Origin: Vicinamibacterales bacterium | GTDB taxonomy: Bacteria; Acidobacteriota; Vicinamibacteria; Vicinamibacterales; Fen-181 | Assembly (NCBI GenBank): GCA_036504215.1 | Contig: DASXVO010000021.1 | Span: forward strand, 80,428 to 144,427 | DNA length: 64,000 nt | Direction: 5' to 3' | Shown: positions 34,340 through 43,765 of the stretch, one piece after another | How positions within the stretch are numbered: the stretch's first letter is position 1 | How the letters are laid out: every line of letters begins with the position of its first letter | Notes under the pieces: generated by a model | The model's database searches: none | What the model saw: only the letters and a program-made list of their open reading frames with translations | Told to the model about the DNA's origin: nothing | Program-made: the position numbers and the translations under genes

Positions 34340-37300
34340 CTACTGCTTCTTGCTCCGTGCCCAGGCCTCGGGCGTGAGCTTGACGATCGGGTCGAGCTTC
34401 TTCTTCGCGAGTTCCTGGTTCAACGGCACCAGATCCTTGCCGGTCGCCGTGTCGAACTCCGCGGTCCCGGCATCGAGTTCGGCCGCGAGCACGGCCATCC
34501 GATCGATTTGCGATTTCGTCGGCCGGCCATCGAAGCCGTTGACGTTGCCGTACAGCGTCCCGAGTTCCTCGCGAAGCCGCTCGTCGCCCGAGATGCCCTC
34601 GCCCTTGCTGGTCGCGACGAGCGCCGTGCGCTGCTTCTCCATCCGTGCCGCGTACGCCTCCAGACGCTTGCGCATCGGATCGGCGGCCGCCAGCTTCGAG
34701 GCGCGGGCAGTCGCCTGATCGCGGGCGTCCGTGATGCCCTCGATGACGTACGTCGATCGCTCGACGAGCGCGAAGAGCTTGCCGACAACCTCGCCTTGCA
34801 CCTGACGACCGGCGGCCGTCGCCTTCGATCGCGGGTCGGACACGAGGCGGATCTGCGTGGTGTACGCGTCCTTGCCCTTGATCAACCTGACCGTGTAGGT
34901 GCCCTCTGGCGCCCGTGGCCCCATCAGCGCGTAGAGGTTCGGGATGATCCCCGACCCCGCCGCGAACTGCGGCGGCTTGGACCGCATCGGCCATTCGACG
35001 CGATTGATGCCCTTGCGTTTGCCGCCCTGAATCGACGCCAGGAGCTTGCCGGTCGAATCGGACACCTCGATCCTCAGATCGCCGAACAGGTGGCGCTTCT
35101 TCAGATAGTAGGTGATGAACGCCGCCTCGGACGGGCTCTGACCCACGAACTCGCCGTCGCCGTTGAAGCCGAAGTCCATCGACCCGTTGACCATCACCTG
35201 CGGCCTCACGTCGAGGAACGCGGCATCGGCATCGAGGATCGCCGGCGTCAGCTTCCTGAGCGGCGTGATGTCGTCGATGACGTACAACGATCGCCCGTGC
35301 GTCGCGAGGATGACGTCGTGGTCGCGGGGATGGATGGCGATGTCGCGCACGGCCACGTTGGCCAGACCGGACGAGTACTGCCCCCACTGCCGGCCGCCAT
35401 CCACGGAGATGAACAGGCCGAACTCGGTGCCGACGAACAGGAGGTCTCGGTTGACGAGGTCCTCCTTGACCACATGGACATAGCCCTTCAGGTCTGGCGT
35501 CGCCAGCGCCTGCCAGGTCTTGCCAAGGTCGGTTGTCCGGAACACGTACGACTTCAAGTCACCGGTCATGTGGCCGTCGAAGGTCACGTAGGCGGCGGCC
35601 TCGCCGAAGTGGCTCGGCTCGACACTGCTCACCCACGTGTTCCTGGGCAGACCCGGCACGTGGGCCACCACGTTGGTCCAGGTCTTCCCGCCGTCGCTCG
35701 TCACCTGCAGGTTCCCGTCGTCGGTCCCGACCCAGATCACGCTGCCGTTGCTCGGCGACTCGCCGATCGCGAAGATCGTGCAGTGGTTCTCCGCGGTGGA
35801 GTTGTCCGGTGTGAGGCCGCCCGAGTCCGTCTGCTGCTGCTTCGCCGGATCGTTGGTCGTGAGGTCCGGCGAGGTCCGCTCCCACGATTCGCCCTTGTCG
35901 CTCGATCGGAAGAGGAACTGCGCCGCGTAGTACATCGTCCCCGACTTGGTCGGGCTCATGTGAATCGGCGTGTTCCAGTTGAAGCGATACTTCGGCTCGC
36001 CCTTCTGTGGCGAGGGGCTGATGTCCTTGCTCTCGAGCGTCGAGCGCCGGATCCGAAAGAGGTTTCCGCCCTGGATCTCGTCGTAGATGGTGTCGGTGTC
36101 GGTGGGATCCGCGAACGCCCAGAACCCGTCGCCGCCCGACAGCGACTGCCACAGCCGATTCGGAATCCCGCCCGATCGTCGCGACGGCCCGAACCACGAA
36201 CTGTTGTCCTGGAGGCCGCCGTAGACGTTGAACGGGAACTCCATGTCGAAGCTCACGTGGTAGAACTGCCCGACCGGCAGGCTGCCGACGAACCGCCAGG
36301 TGGCCCCGCGGTCCTGCGACACGTATACGCCGCCGTCGGTGCCGGCCAGCAACTGCTCGGTGTTCTTCGGGTTCACCCAGAAGTCGTGCACGTCCGAGTG
36401 GTAACTGCTCCCGTACATGCCCATGCCGCCCAGCCCGCTGAACGTCTTGCCGCCGTCGTTGCTGACCGCGGCGATCTGCCCCATCTTGTAGATGCGGTGA
36501 GGGTTCAGGGGGTCGACGAGCATCCGTGAGAAGTAGAACGGCCGCGAGTTGACGAGACTCGAGTCGTTGACCTGCGTCCACGTCTCACCGTGGTCGTCCG
36601 AGCGGTAGAGCGCGGTCTTCTTCGCTTCGACAGTCGCGTACACGATGTTCGGCTTGGACGGGGAGATGGCAATCGCGATGCGCCCGAGGTCTCCGGCCGG
36701 CATCCCGTTCTTGATGGGCTGCCACGTGGAGCCGCCGTCGGTCGAGCGATAGAAACCGCTCTTCGGGCCGCCTGAGGTGAAGAAGTACGGCGTGCGGCGC
36801 ATCTGCCACATGCCGGCGTACATGGTGTTCGGGGACTCGGGATCCATGGCGAGATCGCCGCATCCGACATCCGGCGCCACATACAGCACCTTGTCCCACG
36901 ACGTGCCGCCGTCCTTCGTGCGGTACACGCCGCGGTCCGCATGGTCGTCGTACAGGTGACCAGTGGCGCAGACGAACACCGTGCTCGCGTCCTTCGGGTG
37001 GACGATGATGCGCGCGATGCGCTCGGTGTCGGCCAAGCCGAGCCTCGACCAGTTCTCGCCCCCGTCGGTCGACCGGTACACGCCGTCGCCCACCGACACG
37101 CTGTTGCGAACCCATGTCTCGCCCGTGCCGACCCAGAGCGTCTTCGGGTTCGACGGGTCGATGGCGATCGCACCGATCGACTGGTTGTACTTGTCGAAGA
37201 TCGGCTTGAACTGCAGCCCTCCGTCAACCGACTTCCAGAGGCCGCCGCCTGCGGTGCCCGCGTAGACCGTGAGACGGTCACCAGCAACGGCCTCGATCGC

Positions 37301-37456
37301 GGCCACGCGACCGCTCATCGACGCCGGGCCGATCGGCCGCGCTTCCAATCCTCCGAACGTGTCCCCATCAATCTTGACGCCCTGCGCCCCCACCGCCGCC
37401 GACACGCAGAGCATCGCACCGAGCACCAAAAAGGCGCATCGCAACGAGTGCATCAT
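34340..37456 (-). CDS. secreted BNR/Vps10(sortilin)-like multi-propeller protein
   Basis: 1038-aa ORF with a signal peptide and more than 10 repeats of the SxDxGxTW type (STDGGENWS, TKDGGTSWD, STDGGSTWQ, SDDHGETWT, SNDGGKTFS, SQDRGATWR, SSDKGESWE, TSDGGKTWT, TTDLGKTWQ, SVDGGRQWG). Confidence 0.9.
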   Translation of the reverse strand: MMHSLRCAFLVLGAMLCVSAAVGAQGVKIDGDTFGGLEARPIGPASMSGRVAAIEAVAGDRLTVYAGTAGGGLWKSVDGGLQFKPIFDKYNQSIGAIAIDPSNPKTLWVGTGETWVRNSVSVGDGVYRSTDGGENWSRLGLADTERIARIIVHPKDASTVFVCATGHLYDDHADRGVYRTKDGGTSWDKVLYVAPDVGCGDLAMDPESPNTMYAGMWQMRRTPYFFTSGGPKSGFYRSTDGGSTWQPIKNGMPAGDLGRIAIAISPSKPNIVYATVEAKKTALYRSDDHGETWTQVNDSSLVNSRPFYFSRMLVDPLNPHRIYKMGQIAAVSNDGGKTFSGLGGMGMYGSSYHSDVHDFWVNPKNTEQLLAGTDGGVYVSQDRGATWRFVGSLPVGQFYHVSFDMEFPFNVYGGLQDNSSWFGPSRRSGGIPNRLWQSLSGGDGFWAFADPTDTDTIYDEIQGGNLFRIRRSTLESKDISPSPQKGEPKYRFNWNTPIHMSPTKSGTMYYAAQFLFRSSDKGESWERTSPDLTTNDPAKQQQTDSGGLTPDNSTAENHCTIFAIGESPSNGSVIWVGTDDGNLQVTSDGGKTWTNVVAHVPGLPRNTWVSSVEPSHFGEAAAYVTFDGHMTGDLKSYVFRTTDLGKTWQALATPDLKGYVHVVKEDLVNRDLLFVGTEFGLFISVDGGRQWGQYSSGLANVAVRDIAIHPRDHDVILATHGRSLYVIDDITPLRKLTPAILDADAAFLDVRPQVMVNGSMDFGFNGDGEFVGQSPSEAAFITYYLKKRHLFGDLRIEVSDSTGKLLASIQGGKRKGINRVEWPMRSKPPQFAAGSGIIPNLYALMGPRAPEGTYTVRLIKGKDAYTTQIRLVSDPRSKATAAGRQVQGEVVGKLFALVERSTYVIEGITDARDQATARASKLAAADPMRKRLEAYAARMEKQRTALVATSKGEGISGDERLREELGTLYGNVNGFDGRPTKSQIDRMAVLAAELDAGTAEFDTATGKDLVPLNQELAKKKLDPIVKLTPEAWARSKKQ

Positions 37457-37476
37457 GTCAGGCTCCTGTTGTCGGG

Positions 37477-38214
37477 CTACTGTTTGGCCGCCGTGGGCAT
37501 CTTGAACCGGGCGCCGTCGATCGGCACGTTCAGCTCGGCTTTCTGGATCGTCATCTTCATCTTCTGCGGGCTGCCCTTCGCGCCCTGTTCGACGGCGAAG
37601 GGGATCATGATGCCGTTGACCTCCTTGTAGTCGCCGATCGTGCTCTGGCTCTCGATCTCGGTTCCGCGAACCGTCGTCTTGCCTTCGGTCCTGATCTCGA
37701 GGTACTGGTCCGCGTCGAGATAGAGGTACCGGGTGTCACCGTTCTTCAGCGTGACCTTGAGCTTCCAGGCGTCGCTGCCCTCGACCTTCTCCTTGCCGAT
37801 GAGCTCGACCTTGTGTCCCTTGACCTTGTAGTCCACGAGGGGGCCGTCGAAGTCGGCCTGCTCCTCGACCTGCTTGAGCTGGTCTTCGGGCATCGGCTCG
37901 GCGTCCTTCCGCCCGCCGAACGGCATGATCTGCCAGCCCGTCTTGCCGTCGTAGGCCTGGCTGCCGGTCATCCCCTGGATGGTGAAGTCGGTGCGCACCA
38001 GATTCGGCCGCTTCTGCTCGACGACGAACGGCGCCTCCATGCCGGGCCCGACCGTCATCGTGCCCGTCAACCGGATGGTCTGCACGGCCTTGAGCTTGTC
38101 GGCCCCACCGCGGGCCTGCAGGTTCTTGGCAAGAATCTCATCCAGCGTCTGCGCCGACGCGGGAATGGCCACGAGGGCGCCGAGAGCAAGCAGTGCGAAC
38201 ATGCGACGGAGCAT
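37477..38214 (-). CDS. LolA-like outer-membrane lipoprotein-sorting fold protein
   Basis: Track ORF 37477..38304 trimmed to ATG 38214, which has AGGAGG 7 nt upstream. Signal peptide MLRRMFALLALGALVAIPASA and beta-rich repeats typical of LolA-like/DUF4367-type proteins. Confidence 0.75.
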   Translation of the reverse strand: MLRRMFALLALGALVAIPASAQTLDEILAKNLQARGGADKLKAVQTIRLTGTMTVGPGMEAPFVVEQKRPNLVRTDFTIQGMTGSQAYDGKTGWQIMPFGGRKDAEPMPEDQLKQVEEQADFDGPLVDYKVKGHKVELIGKEKVEGSDAWKLKVTLKNGDTRYLYLDADQYLEIRTEGKTTVRGTEIESQSTIGDYKEVNGIMIPFAVEQGAKGSPQKMKMTIQKAELNVPIDGARFKMPTAAKQ

Positions 38215-38337
38215 CAACGGCCTCCTTGAACTGGACGGGGGAAGGGGAACACGTGAGGACTCACGAGGGAAACGGCCCATTGGATAAAGATACGAGGGGG
38301 ACATGGGGAAGTTCCACGGGAAAACGAGTGGGCGCCG

Positions 38338-39441
38338 TCAGGCACTGAGGCGGAGGATCTCCACCAGCATCGCGACGGCCCGCTCCATGTCCTCGACGTG
38401 GATGTGCTCGTCGAGCGAGTGCTCGAGGCGCGCGCCGATACCCACGACGCCCATTTCGATGCCGTGGTTGTTGTAGATCGACGCATCGGTGAATCCGCAC
38501 ACGAGCGCCGGCTTCGCTTGGATACCGAGCGTGGCCAGGGCCTGCTGCGCCGTCCGCACCGTCCACGCATCGTCCGCGATGAACGATGCCTGACAGAGGT
38601 TGTTGACTTCGACCGTGACCTCGGCACCGACGCTCTCGACTTCACGGCGGATGGCGCGCACCATCTCGTCGGCCACGGCCTGGCCCTTGTCATGTGTGAG
38701 GCTGCGGCACTCGGCGGCGAAGGTGCATGAACCGGGCACGCCGTTGCGGATCATCCCGCCGTGGATGATGCCCACGTTGGCCGTCGTTTCGTGATCGAGA
38801 CGGCCGATCCTGAGCGCAGCGATTGCCTTCGCGGCGGCCTGGATCGCGTTGATGCCCTTCTCCGGCTCCATGCCCGCGTGCGCAGCCTTGCCCTTGATGG
38901 TGACGTCGATGGCGAAGTACGACGGCCCGCCCGTGATGATGGTGTCGAGCGTGTCGTTGTCGAGCAGGAATCCGCGCGTTGCGCTGATCTGGCTGAAGTC
39001 CAGGTTCTTGACGCCGATGAGACCGACCTCCTCCTGCCGAGAGATCGCGATCTCGATGGGCGGCCGCTTGGGCGCGATGCGCAGCGCTTCGAGCATCTCG
39101 GCGATGCCCGCCTTGTCATCCGATCCGAGGATCGTCTGGCCGCTCGAACGGATCACGCCGTCGGAGAGCACCGGTTCGATCCCCTTGCCGGGTTTCACCG
39201 TGTCTCCATGACACGACAGGAGGATGGGGTCAGCCTCGCTCTTCCTCGCCTGCAGCTTCGCGATGAGGTTGCCGTACGCGTCGAGGTGCGCACGGGCGCC
39301 GATCTCCTCGAGCCGCGGCAGCAGCCACGCCATGAAGCGCGATTCGTCGCCCGATTCACTGTCGACGCGCACCATGTCCATGAACTGCGCGACCATCCGT
39401 TCCGTGTCCATCGACGTACCAAAGCGGTCCTGTAGCGCCAT
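38338..39441 (-). CDS. M20/M42 family metallopeptidase (peptidase T-like)
   Basis: HGDTV, GSDDKAG, RQEEVGLIG and a C-terminal EHIHVEDM, in the order expected for tripeptidase/PepT-like M20 enzymes. Confidence 0.85.
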   Translation of the reverse strand: MALQDRFGTSMDTERMVAQFMDMVRVDSESGDESRFMAWLLPRLEEIGARAHLDAYGNLIAKLQARKSEADPILLSCHGDTVKPGKGIEPVLSDGVIRSSGQTILGSDDKAGIAEMLEALRIAPKRPPIEIAISRQEEVGLIGVKNLDFSQISATRGFLLDNDTLDTIITGGPSYFAIDVTIKGKAAHAGMEPEKGINAIQAAAKAIAALRIGRLDHETTANVGIIHGGMIRNGVPGSCTFAAECRSLTHDKGQAVADEMVRAIRREVESVGAEVTVEVNNLCQASFIADDAWTVRTAQQALATLGIQAKPALVCGFTDASIYNNHGIEMGVVGIGARLEHSLDEHIHVEDMERAVAMLVEILRLSA

Positions 39442-39590
39442 TCGTCACCTCCACCCTGCGACGGTCCTTTTGCCCTGAACATAGCACGCCGGATGATTTC
39501 CGGACACACGGCTGAGTTTCCTGTATGCGCGAGTCATTGTAGATGGGACTTAATCGAGCTAAGACCTAAGGAATCCCCACACCGACGGGG

Positions 39591-39606
39591 TGGCATGGAT
39601 CTGGCT
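39591..39606 (+). promoter_or_regulatory. sigma54 (-24/-12)-type promoter candidate
   Basis: TGGCATGGATCTGGCT compared with the consensus TGGCACG-N4-TTGCW. GG and GC have the correct 10-nt spacing, and 10 of 12 defined positions match. It lies 47 nt upstream of the lytic transglycosylase ATG. Confidence 0.35.
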
Positions 39607-39652
39607 CGTGCATCCGCCCAGGTTCGCCAGAAACACATTTCAGGAGGTGCGG

Positions 39653-40186
39653 ATGCAGGCTCGCTCGCTGCGTACAGCGCGGGTGGCCTCGGTGCTGCTC
39701 GGCGTCTGTCAGTTCATCATCGGCCTTCTCGCGGCAGCGCCATCGCTTGCCGCCGAGCCGCCCGGCAACGCGCCGCCTGCGGTCGTCGCGTCACCGTCAA
39801 GCCCGGTGCCCTACGCGGCGATCATCGACAAGGCGGCCGCCCGCCTGGGCGTTGACCCCAGGCTGGTGCGCGCGGTGATCCAGGTGGAATCCGGATTCCA
39901 GGCTACCGCGCTCTCACCGCAGGGCGCGATGGGCCTCATGCAGTTGATGCCCGGCACCGTGAAGCGCTACGCGGTCGTCGATCCGTTCGACCCGCGCGCC
40001 AACGTCGAGGCGGGGATCAGGCATCTCAAGTCGCTGCTCGATCGGTTCGATCTCTCACTGGCTCTCGCCGCGTATCACGCGGGAGAAACGGCGGTCGATC
40101 GCTTCGGCGGCATGCCCCCGTATCGCGAAACCCGCACCTACGTCAGCCAGGTCCTCCGATTGATGAGCGGTTCGACGCCAGACTGA
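39653..40186 (+). CDS. lytic transglycosylase (SLT domain), secreted
   Basis: Track ORF 39590..40186 trimmed to ATG 39653, which has AGGAGG upstream. Signal peptide, a catalytic VESGF motif, GAMGLMQLMP and AYHAGE. Confidence 0.88.
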   Translation: MQARSLRTARVASVLLGVCQFIIGLLAAAPSLAAEPPGNAPPAVVASPSSPVPYAAIIDKAAARLGVDPRLVRAVIQVESGFQATALSPQGAMGLMQLMPGTVKRYAVVDPFDPRANVEAGIRHLKSLLDRFDLSLALAAYHAGETAVDRFGGMPPYRETRTYVSQVLRLMSGSTPD

Positions 40187-40275
40187 TTCGACAGCGCGCC
40201 GACGCGCACGGCCCTCCCCACCGGTGTTCTGCTACAATCCGTGGCCGGCACGCCTTCTCGACGAGCGACCCAGCC

Positions 40276-42723
40276 ATGGATGATGTGCGGTCTGACCAGA
40301 CGCTGCGCGCACTGCTCGACCTCGCCCCGGTGACAATCGCACGATTCGATCCCGGCGGGCGTTTCCTCTACGCCAACCGGGCCTGCGCGGCGCTCCTGGG
40401 CCTCGAGACCGGCCAGATCGTCGGGAGGACCATTCGCGAGCTCATCGCGCCGGCGTCGGTGGCGACCGTCTGGGAGCAGCACGTCGTACGCGTCATGGAC
40501 ACTGGGAGCACGATCGATGTCGAAGTCGTGGTTTCCCACGAGCCACGGCGAATCTATCGCACCCACTTCGTGCCTGAGCAAGGGGCCGATGGCCGACCGA
40601 TCGCGGTGTTGGCGTACGCGACGGACGTCACGGAACGCAAGGCCGCCGACGAAGCCGTGCGGTTGTCGGAAGAGAAGTTCGCGAAGGCGTTCCACGCGAC
40701 CCCGGATGCCATCAACATCAACCGGCTGTCCGACGGCTTGTTCGTCGACATCAACCCGGGCTTCCAGGCGCTGACCGGATATGCCAGGGATGAGGTGATC
40801 GGGCGGACGTCTGCTGACGTCAATATCTGGGCCGACCCGGCTGACCGCGATCGGCTCGTGGCGCACCTGGCGCGTGACGGCCAGATGAACGACCTGAAGG
40901 CGCCATTCCGCCTGCGGAGTGGCACCGTCCGCGTGGGAATCATGTCGGCCCGCGTGATCACGCTCGACGGCGAACCGCACATCATCTCCGTGACGCGCGA
41001 CATTCACGATCGTGAGCAAGCTGAAGAGACGCTGCGCCAGCAGGTCGAGGAACTGGCGGCGCTGGCCGCGCTGGGACAGGCGGTCAACGCCACGCTGTCC
41101 CTCGACCAGACCATCGTGGCCGCGCTCGACGGCATGTGCCGCGCTGTGAACCCGGACGTCGCGTTCTTCTTCCTGCGAGAGGATGACGGTCTCGTCCTGA
41201 AGCACGTGATGCCGGGATCGTCCCGCGCGCGTTTGGGCACGATTCCCGACCATCGTGTCGGCGAGTGCATGTGCGGGCTGGCGGTGAAGGAGAAGCGGTC
41301 GCTCTACTCGGCAGACATCTTCGGCGACCCGCGATGTACGTGGGAGGAGTGCAAGCGGGCCGGGATGCGTTCATTCGCGGCGCTGCCGCTGATCAACGGC
41401 GACGACGTCATCGGTATCGTGGGACTGGCGTCGGACACCTCACGCGACTTCGAGGGCCGGGCGCGGTTTCTCGAGACGATGACCGGTCAGATCTCGGTCG
41501 CGCTCGCCAACGCCCGGCTGTACGACGAGGTGCACCGCGAGCTTGCCGATCGCCAGCGCGCCGAGGCCGAGCAGGGCCGGCTGCAGGCGCAGTTGCTCCA
41601 GGCACAGAAGATGGAATCGGTGGGGCGTCTGGCCGGCGGCGTTGCCCACGATTTCAACAACATGCTCAGCGTCATCCTGGGCCACGCCGAACTCGCCGCC
41701 GACACGACGGGATCAGAGGCCATCAACGAACATCTCGAGCAGATCCTGTCGGCTGGCCGCCGCTCGGCTGACCTGACGCGTCAACTCCTCGCCTTCGCCC
41801 GCAAGCAGGCCATCAGTCCAAGGGTCCTCGATCTCAACGACACCATGTCGGGCATGCTGAAGATGCTCCAGCGCCTGATCGGCGAGGAAATCGCACTCGT
41901 CTGGAGGCCCGGGCCGAGTCTCTGGCCAGTGGTGATCGATCCGTCCCAGGTCGATCAGATCCTCGCAAACCTCGTCGTCAACGCGCGCGACGCGATGGAC
42001 GGCGTGGGCACGCTGGCCATTGAGACCGCCAACACGGTCATCGACGAGGCGTACGGCGCAGACCCTGTCGAGTGCAGCCCCGGCGAGCACGTGCTGCTGG
42101 CTGTGAGCGACACCGGCGCAGGCATGACGCGCGAAGTGCTCGACCACATCTTCGAACCGTTCTTCACGACGAAGGCGTCCGGGGAGGGCACCGGCCTGGG
42201 ATTGTCCACCGTGTACGGGATCGTGAGGCAGAACAACGGGTTCATCAACGCCTACAGCGAGCCCGGGGCCGGTACGACCATGAAGATCTGGCTGCCGCGC
42301 GCCGCGACGGCCGCAGCGCTCGATCGATCGGGCGCGACGGCGGTCACGCCGACGGGCACGGAGACGATTCTGCTCGTCGAGGACGAAGACGCGGTGCTCG
42401 AATTGGGCCGCTCGATGCTGACGCGGCTCGGCTACCGTGTGCTGGCCGCCCGTTCGCCGCTGCAGGCCGTCCAACTGATCGCCGAGCTCGGTGGGTCGAT
42501 TGATCTGCTCATCAGCGACGTGGTGATGCCGGAGATGAACGGCCGCGAACTGGCGGCGCGCCTGACGCTGAGCCTGCCGTCGCTGCGGTGCCTCTTCGTG
42601 TCCGGCTATACCGGCGACATCATCTCGCACCGTGGCGTACTCGACGGAAGCGTGCATTTCCTGCAGAAACCGTTCTCGCTCCCGGCGCTCGCGCAGGCCG
42701 TCCGCCGCGCCTTGGGCGACTAG
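40276..42723 (+). CDS. hybrid sensor histidine kinase (PAS-PAS-GAF-HisKA-HATPase-REC)
   Basis: Two PAS-like segments and a GAF (ECMCGLAVKEKRSLY). H-box VAHDFNNMLSVILGH, N-box NLVVNARDAM, G-boxes DTGAGM and GTGLGLS. The receiver domain has LLVEDED, DVVMPEMNG and VSGY. Confidence 0.92.
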   Translation: MDDVRSDQTLRALLDLAPVTIARFDPGGRFLYANRACAALLGLETGQIVGRTIRELIAPASVATVWEQHVVRVMDTGSTIDVEVVVSHEPRRIYRTHFVPEQGADGRPIAVLAYATDVTERKAADEAVRLSEEKFAKAFHATPDAININRLSDGLFVDINPGFQALTGYARDEVIGRTSADVNIWADPADRDRLVAHLARDGQMNDLKAPFRLRSGTVRVGIMSARVITLDGEPHIISVTRDIHDREQAEETLRQQVEELAALAALGQAVNATLSLDQTIVAALDGMCRAVNPDVAFFFLREDDGLVLKHVMPGSSRARLGTIPDHRVGECMCGLAVKEKRSLYSADIFGDPRCTWEECKRAGMRSFAALPLINGDDVIGIVGLASDTSRDFEGRARFLETMTGQISVALANARLYDEVHRELADRQRAEAEQGRLQAQLLQAQKMESVGRLAGGVAHDFNNMLSVILGHAELAADTTGSEAINEHLEQILSAGRRSADLTRQLLAFARKQAISPRVLDLNDTMSGMLKMLQRLIGEEIALVWRPGPSLWPVVIDPSQVDQILANLVVNARDAMDGVGTLAIETANTVIDEAYGADPVECSPGEHVLLAVSDTGAGMTREVLDHIFEPFFTTKASGEGTGLGLSTVYGIVRQNNGFINAYSEPGAGTTMKIWLPRAATAAALDRSGATAVTPTGTETILLVEDEDAVLELGRSMLTRLGYRVLAARSPLQAVQLIAELGGSIDLLISDVVMPEMNGRELAARLTLSLPSLRCLFVSGYTGDIISHRGVLDGSVHFLQKPFSLPALAQAVRRALGD

Positions 42724-42727
42724 CCGC

Positions 42728-43765
42728 CTACCCACCCGCCCGTCTGGCCCACCGCAGCTTGGCGGCGGTCGCACGCGGGTTCGCCCGGCACTCCTCGGGG
42801 CTCGGACGCGCCGGCTCGTCGGCGATGGCCGTGTACCAACCTCCCCGCAGACCTGCCTGGAACGCCTTCTTCACGCGCCGGTCTTCGCCCGAGTGAAACG
42901 TGATGATGGCCACGCGCCCGTTTTCGAGAAGGCACTGTGGCAGGTGACGGAGGAGCGTGTCGAGCGCACTGAACTCGTCGTTCACCGCGATGCGCAGCGC
43001 CTGGAAGACCCGGCGCACACTGTTTTCGCGCGCCTCGTCGGAGACCTGCGGCAGCGCCCGGCGAATGGCGTCGGCCAGCGTCGTCGTCTGCTCGATGAGC
43101 CGACCGGCCAGCGCGTCGGCCAACGTGTCGGCATGCGGTTCGTCGGCGCCCTCCAGGAGCAGGGCTGCCAGTCGATCGCGGCTCGTCCGCTGCAGCAGCT
43201 CGGAGGCCGATAGGCCACGCGCAGGATTCATGCGCATATCGAGCGGCCCGGCCGCCTTCACGGAGAATCCGCGGTCCGGTGTGTCGAGTTGCATCGACGA
43301 CACGCCAAGGTCGGCCAGGACGGCGTGCGCCCCCGCCAGGCCTTCTGCGGCGAGGACCTGCGGCAGGCCAGCGAAGTTCGAGCGCCGCGTGACGAACGCC
43401 TCGGGGCCGTGGCCAAGGGCACGCATCCGCGCTTCGGTCCGCGGCAATTCCACCGGGTCCACATCGAGGCCCAGCAGCTTCCCGCCAGGTGCAAGCCGCG
43501 CGAGGATCGCCCGGGCGTGGCCGCCGTACCCGAGCGTGCAGTCGACGGCCGTCTCGCCGGCCTTCGGCGCGAGCGCCTGCAGCACCTCGTCGACGAGCAC
43601 GGCCACGTGCGCGCCGGCCGGTGTCTTCCCCGAGGCACGCACCCTGGCCACCGTCTCCGGATATTTCTCGGGGGACAGTTCCTTGTACTTCTCGTGGAAC
43701 CGGCGCGGATGGGTGCCGCGGTACCGTGGGCGACGCCGATGAGGCGTGGAGGATTCGTCCGTCAC
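42728..43765 (-). CDS. rsmH: 16S rRNA (cytosine-N4)-methyltransferase RsmH-like, with a basic N-terminal extension
   Basis: HVAVLVDEV, DCTLGYGGHA, DLGVSSMQLD, GPLDMRM, RVFQALRIAVNDE and ITFHSGEDRRVK match the RsmH/MraW motif series. It is not in a dcw-type context, and there is an extra roughly 50-aa Arg-rich N-terminus. Confidence 0.8.
   Translation of the reverse strand: MTDESSTPHRRRPRYRGTHPRRFHEKYKELSPEKYPETVARVRASGKTPAGAHVAVLVDEVLQALAPKAGETAVDCTLGYGGHARAILARLAPGGKLLGLDVDPVELPRTEARMRALGHGPEAFVTRRSNFAGLPQVLAAEGLAGAHAVLADLGVSSMQLDTPDRGFSVKAAGPLDMRMNPARGLSASELLQRTSRDRLAALLLEGADEPHADTLADALAGRLIEQTTTLADAIRRALPQVSDEARENSVRRVFQALRIAVNDEFSALDTLLRHLPQCLLENGRVAIITFHSGEDRRVKKAFQAGLRGGWYTAIADEPARPSPEECRANPRATAAKLRWARRAGG

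Noticed and set aside
33629-36529. 966-aa plus-strand ORF. Similar giant antisense ORFs occur at 18338..20545 (+), 52723..54960 (-), 59770..61491 (+) and 40138..41253 (-).
   Set aside because: All overlap motif-rich genes on the opposite strand (iadA/BNR protein, permease/DsbB-like, leuCD-like, sucA, histidine kinase). All have the low-complexity R/D/H/G composition expected from third-position GC bias.
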